Shown here in pieces: positions 49,301-64,000 of a DNA stretch of 64,000 bases. This DNA is from Sminthopsis crassicaudata (Eukaryota), in the NCBI RefSeq assembly GCF_048593235.1, contig NC_133617.1, positions 524,500,958 to 524,564,957 on the forward strand, given 5' to 3'. The position numbers and the translations under genes are program-made. The notes beneath the pieces were generated by a model. The model worked only from the letters and a program-made list of their open reading frames with translations. It ran no database searches and was not told where the DNA came from. Every line of letters begins with the position of its first letter. Position 1 is the first letter of the stretch.

Positions 49301-51756
49301 GCGATCCAGCTCACAAAGGCCAGCACCAAGCACACCACTGGAGGAGAATGGGGGTGCTGCTGGTTTTGGGGAACGAGGCTTACACACAGTGCTAGAGTAA
49401 AGAGGGGGGAAGGCTCATAAATAAAAAAAAAAAAGACTCAGACCAGAGCTCAAGTGCCATGAGAGGGAGCAAGCCCCTTGCATTTGGAGAGTTCATTCCC
49501 ACCAGCCTCTAAAGGACATTCCCACTTCTTTTACCTGTATAAATGGTCTTTGTCTCCTGAGGCCCCAGAGGTTTCCCTGGCCACCTTCTGCAGGGAGAAG
49601 CAATAATCTGAGGCTGCAGTGGAGTTTCAAAGTCAGGGCCCTTCCCCTACAACCTTAGCTCAGCTCTTCTTACCTGTTGTTGCTGGCTATAGGGAGGAGG
49701 AGCAGTGGTGGCTTCTTGGGGCTGGTCCCTAAGAGCCCCAGTCCGGGGTATGTGGGATGTTGTAGACTCCAGGTCAGACAAAAGAGCATCTGCAAGAGGA
49801 CTTTGAATGAGTAGACTAGGGGGTAACTTAAAGATTAAGGAGCTAAATTGCTTTAGATTAGAAGAGGTGAATGTTTGAAATGGATCTGAAGTCAGTTAGG
49901 GTCAGAAAGCAAATGTTAGACAATTGCAGAGTCAAAGAGACTCCAGAGAAACGATACAAGGATAAAGCTGGGAACAACACAGTATGGCCAAGCTGTTTCG
50001 TCTTTGGTCAGTCCTGGGAGCTCTGCCAATTTGAGTGTTTTATTCCAACCCGAAAGCTCTTGTATTTGTATAGCAATTATGTCAACTAATTCTCAGAACA
50101 GCTTCTATGAGGTCATAGGATTATAATCTGTAAGAGACATCATAGGCCATCCAATCCAATCCCTTTATTATTCACCACAACCCACTCATTTTATAGAATA
50201 AAAAATTGAGACCCTGAAAAAATTAGTGATGCTAACTGACATTCATAGAGCATCTTAAGATTTATAGAATATTTTCCAGTTATTTCATTTGGCCTTAGAG
50301 GGAGGAAACTGAAGCTCAGAGAGGTGGTGACTGGCCAATGGTCAGGCAGGTAGTAACAGCTGAGATTCTGATTCAGATTATATTATTCAGTCGAGCCTGG
50401 CTCTCTCTAGCCCTTGTGAGGTTTTTTGGTGTGTGTGTGTTGTTGTTGGTTTTTTTCCCCAAAAATTCTGGAATGTTTTTCCATTTACTTTCCTATCTCA
50501 TTTTGTAGATGAGGAAACTAAGACAAACTAGGTTAAATGACTTGCCATAGGTCACCAGGCTAGCAAATATCTTAGGTTAGATTTGAATTCAGGAAGCTAA
50601 GTTCCTGATTCTAAGCCTCATGCTCTATTTACTCACCCCCAGCTGTTCATGGGAGTTAGAGGTTTTAGCTTCAAACCCACTCTGACATTTACTATGTGAC
50701 TTAGGACAAGTCATTGGAATATGCCCAAGCCTCAGTTTACTCATCTGGAAAATTGGACAATGGTCTCAGAGATTTCTCTAGATCTATTATTCACAAAGAA
50801 ACAAGTGGAAATTAAAGAGGCAACTATGTATGTGATGGGTAGAGTTGGGTTAAATCTTCAATTCAACTTCACAATTGGCCTTTTCTCAAATTTTTTAATG
50901 TACATTTTTGACCTCTTTCCAATTGGCAGATCTATTCCCCAGTCCCTTCTTCCTTGGGAGAGGCGGCTTATCCTTCTCAGTTCTCTCATTAAATAATCTG
51001 TCATTCTCCCACACTTTTCTGAATGGCTGGTTCCCCCAACTAGGACCCCTGGATTGGGTTACCTACCAAAGACCACAATACGTGGTTCAAGAGGGAATAA
51101 GGGGGAGGCAGAGTCACCTGGCAGGGGAAAGAGAGAGAGTCACCGGGGGAGAAGTGTACCTCCTGGTGGCCTGAACTCCCCCTTTCAGCCCCCCTCCCCC
51201 TCCCCCCCCTCCCGCCAGGCATCTTGCTCTCCAGCTCGAGGCTTTCTTCTGCAGACCCACAACCCAGGAGTCCTCTTTAGCACCAACCTAACGCGGCCCC
51301 CTCCCTCCCCCCAGAACCCAGGTATCCGGTCCCTTCCGCTCATTCCCTGGTCGCGCCAGCCTTTTGAGCAGCGGACCGCTGCTCCTCGGGACATTAGGGG
51401 AAGGACCGAAGAAAAATGAAGGGAGAGACAGGAAGGGAGACGTGGAGCTGAGCTGGAGAGAGCGGGAGGGGAAGAGAAAGATGAAGAAAGAGAAGAGGAA
51501 TGAGCGAAGCAGGGAGAGGCGGGGAGTGGCCGAGAGAGAGAACGAAGACCGAAATGAAATGGAAGAGAGTACTCAAGGCAGAGAACAGAAATAAGGAAAG
51601 AAGAGAGGGGGTGCGGTGCAGGGAAGTAGAAAACGAGCTTCAGGGAGAGCGGACGGTGGGATGGGGCTGGGAGAGGCAGATGGAAAGGAATCTGGGGTTG
51701 GAAGGGAGCGGCTCGTAATCCCTGGGCTTCTAGCCCCACTCACCCAGGTCCTCCAT
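44678..51756 (-). CDS. TGFB1I1: TGF-beta1-induced transcript 1 (Hic-5, paxillin family; LD motifs plus 4 LIM domains), 11 exons, 458 aa
   Basis: Exons: 51756-51744 (ATGGAGGACCTGG), 49789-49674, 49587-49535, 49391-49261, 49170-49083, 48869-48764, 48588-48391, 45915-45742, 45512-45431, 45208-45060, 44944-44678 (sum 1377 nt). All GT-AG and phase-consistent. LD motifs ([38 protein letters not shown]); LIM domains end ...[12 protein letters not shown]. Confidence 0.98.
46141..46295 (+). mobile_element. L1 3'-tail fragment in TGFB1I1 intron 7
   Basis: GGGAGGGAGGGAGAAAAACGTGGAACACAGGATTTTGCAAGG...; flanks AAAATG(A/G)ATCTTTA look like a TSD. Confidence 0.7.
46325..46387. repeat. (TA)n microsatellite, about 31 units
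   Basis: Read directly. Confidence 0.95.
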
Positions 51757-51877
51757 GGCTGGGGTGCCGGGCTGGCTGGCTGAGGGGTAGCAGTAGGGCG
51801 GGGGCTGTGTCCGGTTGGGGGGGCGGGAGAGAGAGGGAGGAGGGGGGACGTCCGGGAGAGGGAGGCCCCAGCCGTGA

Positions 51878-51887
51878 CCATGTAAGG
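51878..51887. promoter_or_regulatory. CArG-like (SRF) element in the TGFB1I1 promoter
   Basis: CCATGTAAGG, one mismatch to CC(A/T)6GG, about 120 nt upstream of the ATG in a GC-rich promoter. Hic-5 is a known SRF/myocardin target. Confidence 0.55.
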
Positions 51888-53220
51888 AAGCGGGGACCAG
51901 ATGGGATGGGGGGCGGGATAGGAATTAGCGGATAGAGAGGCTGGAGAAGGGGGCCTGAGGGGAGTCCAAGGGGGTGCCAGACAAGAATAGGGATGGCGGG
52001 ACACACCCGCATTACAGCCACACCCCAGCCAGACACTCCCGAATGGTGAGAGCTTAGGCTTGGAGCAGAAAACCATCCACCAACAGCACTGGCTAAGGCA
52101 AGAGCAGCAGAAAGCCAGTGTGATAGACGGGATTAGACTCAGACAGAAATCCAAGGAAACCCTCTCAGGACTACAGAAATACCTCCAATTCAGACACACA
52201 GAGATGAAAGTGAAAAGGCAGAGGAAGACACAGATCCAGAGGGACAGAGATATTCATTCAAAAAAGCTTAAGGGAGGGTGATGCAGAACCCTGAAGTATG
52301 CAATTCTAGAATCCTGGGCCATGTATAGAGCCACATACACGAAGACCCAACTCCCTCACTCTAGGAAGGACTCTAGGCAACGCTTGCTTTCCTTCCAGTT
52401 GTGTAAAGCCATTAAAAAAAAAAATAATAAATAAAGTATTTGGTCATTGTTTGGACCATTCTCCCCCCCCTCACTCTTTTCCCCCATTTAGCATGCCCAC
52501 TTCCTCTACAAGGAGAGACAATTGGGTGCCACAATTCTTTTGAAGCCTTTTCTAGAACTGGGGTGGATCCCCTTCATAGAGATCTGCTCTGGGTGTATGG
52601 GAGAGCTCTAAGGTTAACCACAACCTCATACCATATACACAGAAAACCTCAAGTCAGCCCAGGTTTATGATCTCACCCATCTCTGAGTACATGACTCTAG
52701 CTTAGACCTCTACAAATGAAATAAGGATGGAAATGGGAACTGGCCACTGGGTGGAGGTAAAGGAAAATTTGAGAAAAGATCCTTTGGAGTCAAAAAAGAA
52801 CCACATACTACATGAGGTAATCAACTCTGATGTCTTTAATTTCAGTCTGGCCTTTGCAAGTGGCGCCTTTTGGATGCAGAGGGCTTTCTTTCCCTTTAGT
52901 CCTTGTAGGTCTGTATTGTCCATATTTCATTCTTGAGACCTTTGGCCAAGTCCCATTTTGCTTCCCTAGGCCATTCTCATTCCTCTTCCTCTATCATATC
53001 TCCCCCTCTAGTTTCGGTACTTTCCATGGCTCCTCTTCCCTGGAAATCTGGCCACTCGCTCTCTCTTCCCCCCCCCCCCCCCACCAAGTCCCCCCAGGCA
53101 ACAGTTCTTCTTTTCCAGAGAAGCCTCCTTTTCTGGTTCCTGGGCCAGACTAAGGTCCTACAGGGCATCTCCTCTGTCCTGGTGCCAGGGCTCCTCAGAG
53201 TCCTGAGGCTGTGGCCCTAG

Positions 53221-58633
<5,413 letters not shown>

Positions 58634-58646
<13 letters not shown>

Positions 58647-58895
58647 CTTGGCCTGGGCCTGAGGCCCCACCCCCCTTTTTCGTGGCTCCGCAAAGAACTG
58701 GACTGGAAGATTGGGGCGTGACTATGCACGTCTTCTGGAGGACGCCTTTTAAATGGCCCCGTCGCTGTGATGCACACTGGGAATTGTAGTTCACAGGTCT
58801 TCGGTTCCACTTCCTGCGAGACTCCCGATCACGTGGATGGTGGGCTATGACCAACGGCCGTTCGAAGCACGCGAGGGATGACGGAAGTGGTAGTT
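58634..58895. promoter_or_regulatory. CpG-island bidirectional promoter between ARMC5 and the zinc-finger gene
   Basis: ZNF143/SBS-type ACTACAATTCCCAG (reverse strand, 58777-58790), ETS/GABP-type GGAAGTG at 58808-58814 (reverse) and 58883-58889, E-box CACGTG at 58830-58835, YY1-type GCCGCCATCTT over the ARMC5 ATG. The CpG-rich region spans about 57890-59700. Confidence 0.75.
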
Positions 58896-59549
58896 CTTTG
58901 TCAGATTCTCCGTGCTGGAGACTGGGGCGCGGTGGACGCTGGGATACGTAGTCCGTGATTATCGTGTATAGTCTATCGTGGGACGAGCGGAGAACTCCCG
59001 CTCCCAGGGGACAACGCGCGGCTCCTTCTCGAGAACCCAGGTGTCCGACCATGGAGTCTCTGGCGTATACGGTTCTCGGTGCCCAGGACGTCTCACTCCC
59101 CAGAGCGGTCCCGGCCCTCTGGCATTCTCGGACGTCGCTGCTCCCTCTGGAGCTGATTGCCCCTCAGACACGCCCTTGTAGGCTCAAGGGTCGCAGCGCC
59201 AGCCCCTGGGGTCCCACCCCGCGGGCTCACGGCCGCAGGGGGCCAGGGAGCCTTATCCAGGTCTGTCGAGGCCAAGAGGCCTGGCAAGCCTCTACCTTTT
59301 ATCCCGACGCGGTGAGTTAAAGGGTTAAGCCCACAGAGGATCGCTACGGTTTGGGTCCTAGAGAGGCCAGGCTGGGGGGTTTCCGGTTCCGGTGCTTGGA
59401 CACCTGGAATCTTAGTGGCCCACCCTAGCTTTAGTCTGTGCACGGGTGAGTTTTAGCTCCGTGGTCCCCTGGCCTCTCCTTCCCACCGGCTTTCCCTTAA
59501 GAACGGGCGGGCTCTTCCCTTCCTTCCTCCTCCTCCTCTCCTCTCCAGG

Positions 59550-61172
59550 ATGGAGGGAGAGTTGGAGCCGGGGAACCCGGGTGTCCAGGTACACGAAGAG
59601 GAGGGTCCGAGAAGTGACGAGTCCCGGGATGAAGGAGAGAAACAAGCAGGGGTCGGAAGGCTGGAACGCCCGAGCCCCAGGAGGGGCCTAGAATGCCCTT
59701 TTGTCCCCCTGGGGCACAGAGCTAGGGAAGATAGTACTTTTCAGCCGGGAGTTCTGGAGGATGAGAGGGCTCCTGGGCTGGCTTCTGGAGATCTACCCCC
59801 CAGCCCTGTCTTCAAGTTCCCTTCTGGACCCCCGCCTGAAAGGCCCTTCCTTGTCTGGCCGGGCCAGCCAGCTGCCTGTGAAGTGATGTTGGGGCTCCAG
59901 AGGCTGTGTGGAGCAGGCCACGGCGAGGGGGAGGAGAAACTTGCTGGAAGAGGTCTCAGGTCAGTTCTCCCGGGCTCCAGAGCCTTTGGTTGCCTCCAGT
60001 GCGGACTGACTGTGGCTAGTCTTCCCGATCTGATTCACCATCAGAGTACCCACCCAGGGGAGAAGCCATATAGGTGTCCTGAGTGTGGGAAAGAATTTCG
60101 AAGGGGCTCAGACCTAGTGAAGCACCACCGGGTGCACACCGGAGAAAAGCCTTACCCCTGCCCAGACTGTGGCCGTTGCTTCAGCCTTAGCTCCAACCTG
60201 ATCCAGCACCGAAGATCACACACCGGCCACCGGCCCCACAAATGCCCCGATTGCGGGGAAGGATTTGGCCGAAGTTCAGACTTAGTGAAGCACCAAAGAG
60301 TCCATACAGGTGAAAAACCATACACTTGTTCTGAATGTGGCAAGAACTTCAGTGTCAGCTCCAACCTCATCCAGCACCAGCGAACTCATACAGGAGAAAA
60401 GCCATATAAGTGTGCAGACTGTGGAAAGAGCTTCAGCCTGAGTTCTAACCTGCTGCAGCACAGGAGATCACACACTGGTGAGAAACCCTATAAGTGTGCT
60501 TGGTGTGGAGACAGCTTTGGCCGAAGCTCTTATCTGCTCAAACACCAGCGTTCCCATACAGGTGAGAAGCCCTATAATTGCTGTGAATGTGGCAAGAGTT
60601 TCACTAACAGCTCAGACTGTTTACGCCACCAGCGGACCCACAATGGTGAAAAGCCCTTTAAGTGCCCTGATTGTGGGAGAGGCTTCAATGAGCGTTCCCA
60701 GTTCACAGATCACCAGCGAATTCACACGGGAGATCGGCCTTATTCCTGTGCAGATTGTGGCAAAAGCTTCTATCACAGCTCTAAACTTATCAAGCACCAG
60801 CGTTCTCACACAGGTGAAAAGCCCTACAAGTGTCCTGAATGTGGCAAGAGCTTTGTGGATAGTTCAAACCTTCTCCGGCACAGACGGACCCACATTGGGG
60901 AGAAGCCATATACTTGTAGTGTCTGTGGAAAGGGTTTCAGTCAGAGTTCACACCTTCTTATCCATCAGGCAGCCCATAGTGGTGATAAGCCTTATGTTTG
61001 TCTGGAATGTGGGAAGGCTTTTGCCCGAAGTTCTAATCTGGTCCAGCACCAGAGGACCCATCAGGCTGGGCGCCCCTATAAATATCCTATCTTTGGCCAA
61101 AACTTTGGCCTTGGCCCTGAATTTGTTCAGGACTTGAGAACTCTTCAGGAGCTGGCTTCCTCTGACACCTAG
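59550..61172 (+). CDS. C2H2 zinc-finger protein (540 aa; 13 intact fingers plus 1 degenerate; no KRAB/SCAN recognised), positional counterpart of human ZNF843
   Basis: Uninterrupted ORF with repeated CxxC-x12-HxxxH and TGEKPY-type linkers. Strong acceptor (pyrimidine tract plus CAG at 59546-59548) one nucleotide before the ATG. Upstream donors GCG|GTGAGT (59311/59312) and CGG|GTGAGT (59445/59446). Confidence 0.92.
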   Translation: MEGELEPGNPGVQVHEEEGPRSDESRDEGEKQAGVGRLERPSPRRGLECPFVPLGHRAREDSTFQPGVLEDERAPGLASGDLPPSPVFKFPSGPPPERPFLVWPGQPAACEVMLGLQRLCGAGHGEGEEKLAGRGLRSVLPGSRAFGCLQCGLTVASLPDLIHHQSTHPGEKPYRCPECGKEFRRGSDLVKHHRVHTGEKPYPCPDCGRCFSLSSNLIQHRRSHTGHRPHKCPDCGEGFGRSSDLVKHQRVHTGEKPYTCSECGKNFSVSSNLIQHQRTHTGEKPYKCADCGKSFSLSSNLLQHRRSHTGEKPYKCAWCGDSFGRSSYLLKHQRSHTGEKPYNCCECGKSFTNSSDCLRHQRTHNGEKPFKCPDCGRGFNERSQFTDHQRIHTGDRPYSCADCGKSFYHSSKLIKHQRSHTGEKPYKCPECGKSFVDSSNLLRHRRTHIGEKPYTCSVCGKGFSQSSHLLIHQAAHSGDKPYVCLECGKAFARSSNLVQHQRTHQAGRPYKYPIFGQNFGLGPEFVQDLRTLQELASSDT

Positions 61173-62224
61173 AAACTAACAATGACAGAGCCCAGGTCAG
61201 ATATAGTTTGAGGTGTGAACTCTGGGTCTTGTTGGAGTATTCTCTGTGTCCTGGAACAACATACCTTCTTCTTTGGATAGGGACATAGATTCTGAGTTTC
61301 TACCATACTTCTATCCTAGTACATAGGCTTTAAGGACTAAGGCATACAGGACTAGAAAAAAAAGACTGAGGGAACTAATGTAGAAAAAGTTACAGACTCA
61401 TTGGTGTAGCTCCTGGTGGCAGAACTAGGACCAGTGAAAAGTTATAATTAAAGATAACTGTTTTTAAAAATTGACTGAGTCAGAACTTTTAATTTCCTGT
61501 TACTTGTCTTCTCCAGGTGACACAGCAATTTTGAAGTATCGTAGAGTGGATTCAACACTAGGAAACAGTTTGGAATAGATTACCTAAAGATCTTTTCCAC
61601 CTGTGTGTTCTGTGATTCCATGGTTCTAAGGCTGTGTTAGGATTGATAGTTCACACACCTAAGTTAAGGCTAAGCTGTCAGGAGACTTCACTGATATTAT
61701 GGGAAGAGGCTATGTGGCATAAAAGGAAACAGGATTGTGCCTAGGCCCAACTCTAGAGGGCAAAGAATGGATCACATACTTATATATTCAGCACCTGAAG
61801 GCTTAGGGAGATATTCTTGGAGTTAAGAAAAGATGGGTAACTTTGAATGTTCCCAACTAATATCCCTTAGTCAAACCACATGAAATTTTTTTTTCACTCC
61901 TAGTGTCCTTCCAAGTTCTTAAGTTGCTACCCAGTCACAGTAAGACTGGAGCCTTTTGTGTTTTATCTCCTAGGAGTAAGTATAGAGCTTGGGGAAAACT
62001 AGTGTTTAATTCAACGTGATTAATTGCTAATTTAATCTTGCAGTGTGAGAGAGATTTGGGGGCTTGGTGGAGAACCATTTCTAAGGCTTCCCAAGGAACA
62101 GTTGTAGGTCCAGCTATCTTTAATTCTTGATATCTTCCCAACCCTCATCCCCCAAGGTGCCCTATATCTTTGGGGAAAGGTAGGGACTAGTTGCACTGGG
62201 GCTGATTGTCTTTCTCCAACCCCC

Positions 62225-62230
62225 AATAAA
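62225..62230 (+). terminator. Candidate poly(A) signal of the zinc-finger gene
   Basis: AATAAA about 1 kb after the stop. A tandem pair of AATAAA at 63356-63361 and 63366-63371 is an alternative. Confidence 0.35.
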
Positions 62231-64000
62231 GATAACTGTAAATGATTATTCTTGCCTCAAACTCTCATCCTGTTCGTTTTTACTCCAGAGGCTTCTCCCT
62301 GTGTTCCAGCAAAATATGTTAGTAGGGCAGGATATCGAAGGAGACAATCACCTTTGTCAGTTGTTCTTCCTCTGACTTCACTGTGTATGTTCCTGTAAAA
62401 CAGGAAAAGAATATGGGTGACTACTATCCTCTGTGCTTCTTAGTCTCTATAAGAGCATTCTCTTCCACAACTGTTTCACTTACATTATTTGACTTGCCCT
62501 CCTAAGTGCTCAGTGGGAAGGAGTAGTGTCTTCATTTTATAGTTTAGAAAGCTTTTTGTTTAATCGTTATTTGGATTTTTTTGTCATATTTCTTAGTTGA
62601 AGGGGGTATAATTCTGGAAGAACAAAAACATTAGATTGGGAGTCTGACCAGATTTCTAATCTCCCTTAAATTTTAATGAAACCATAATCTCTTATTCTCC
62701 GTTTCCTTATCTGTTAAGTGAGGGATAATCTAGACCTCACTTCCTCGGATAGCATCAAATAAGATGATCAGAAGATCTTCCTTAGCTGTTAATATACATT
62801 AATTGAAAAGCGTAAAGGTGCTATATACTTTATCCTTGTTTGTGTAATACTTAATGCTACTCATGAGGATTACACAATATACTTTCTCAGGGCAGACATT
62901 TCTCCTTTGTAGAAGTATGGAACTATACAGAATGGTTGGGAAGCAGTTTAATTTGTATGTTTTAGGTTCAATGGGCAAACTCTTAACAGTATTAATAGAA
63001 TATCTCTTTCAATATTTTTTAGAGTAAGGGTCTTCTTTTCCTCCATGTCTTCATGGGAGGAAAAGAGTATGAGACTGGAGAGTCTGAAATTCTGTATGTT
63101 AGGCTCTTGCTGGTAATGAAAGAGTTTTGGATTTATGAGAATATATCACTACACAAGACATTATCTATAGTCCCTCTAGCCCAGAATTTTGTATGGAGAG
63201 GGAGGATTGGATAGGTAATGAAGTATTCAATTAGTTATTCTCATTGATATCAACATCAAAAATACAGTTGAACTTCATTTATTAAATATCTTACATAATA
63301 ACTAAAACTGTAAATCTATATTTAATTTATATTTTTATTCTTCACTGTCCCATGAAATAAACTTTAATAAATCTACTACCTGGCTTGTAAAGCAGGATTT
63401 CCTTTGTTTTAAAATGGCCATTAAGCATAAAGGTAGTTTTAAATTTGGTGTTCCAGGATTCAGAACACACAGAATTTTAGCTTTTATTGATTCTGCATTT
63501 GTATCATTTTGCATTCAACAACAAACATTTACTAAATGCCTATTATGTGTCAAGTATAGTGAGATGTTTGTCCTTTCAGTCTTTAAACATTTGGTCTCAT
63601 GATGACTTTCCTGTCACTAGGTCTTATTGTTGGATTTCTTCCTCTGGAGATTTTTAAGTTCTAAAATGCCTCCCATGAGATATGGAAATAAGAAGGGGAT
63701 AGAGTACTCCAGATGCTGGTTTCTCAATTTACACAAGGACAGGAGCAATCATTCATGTTTTGTATCTCTTATATAGTTATCTGCAGTAATGATATTTACA
63801 ATAACAACAAAGTTTCAATTTCATCTTCAGATATTTATGCTAAAACATTGATGATACTGACCTACCTGTCATTTTTTTAGCTTTCTGGTTTTTCAGTAAA
63901 TTGTTTTTGTTAATTTAGATTTTACTAGCTGGAATATCTTTGGCATTTAGAATTTAGAGCTTAAAGAGATTTTAAAAGATTATGTTGTCTAATACTTTCG

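Noticed and set aside
58647-58670. N-terminal extension MGPQAQAK of ARMC5 in the ORF track
   Set aside because: Begins at GTG; the ATG at 58646 has strong context (GCCAAGATGG) and matches the known N-terminus.
60478-61137. 219-aa alternative-frame ORF inside the zinc-finger exon
   Set aside because: Shifted frames of C2H2 arrays are commonly open; there is no independent evidence of use.

Overview
Eukaryotic, intron-rich genomic DNA from a marsupial. The WSINE1/MAR1-type CORE-SINEs and L1 3' tails suggest an Australian, probably dasyurid, species; this is an inference. The block is syntenic, in reverse orientation, with human 16p11.2. Gene order in the window is: terminal exon of an RNF112/neurolastin-like GTPase (+), AHSP (-), RUSF1/C16orf58 (+), SLC5A2/SGLT2 (-), TGFB1I1/Hic-5 (-), ARMC5 (-), and an intact 13-finger C2H2 zinc-finger gene (+) head-to-head with ARMC5 at the position human ZNF843 occupies. 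Exons were walked by hand. All have GT-AG boundaries and consistent phases, except the first RUSF1 intron, whose donor is unresolved. Best leads: (1) an RNF112-like gene in an unexpected neighbourhood; (2) an intact multi-finger gene where, from memory, human ZNF843 is degenerate; (3) an extra intron in RUSF1 exon 1 flanked by a direct repeat; (4) a four-GATA candidate erythroid enhancer upstream of AHSP; (5) an old ERV-L reverse-transcriptase relic. No rRNA, tRNA or CRISPR was seen. Comparisons with human proteins are from memory, not from database searches, and most repeat boundaries are approximate.
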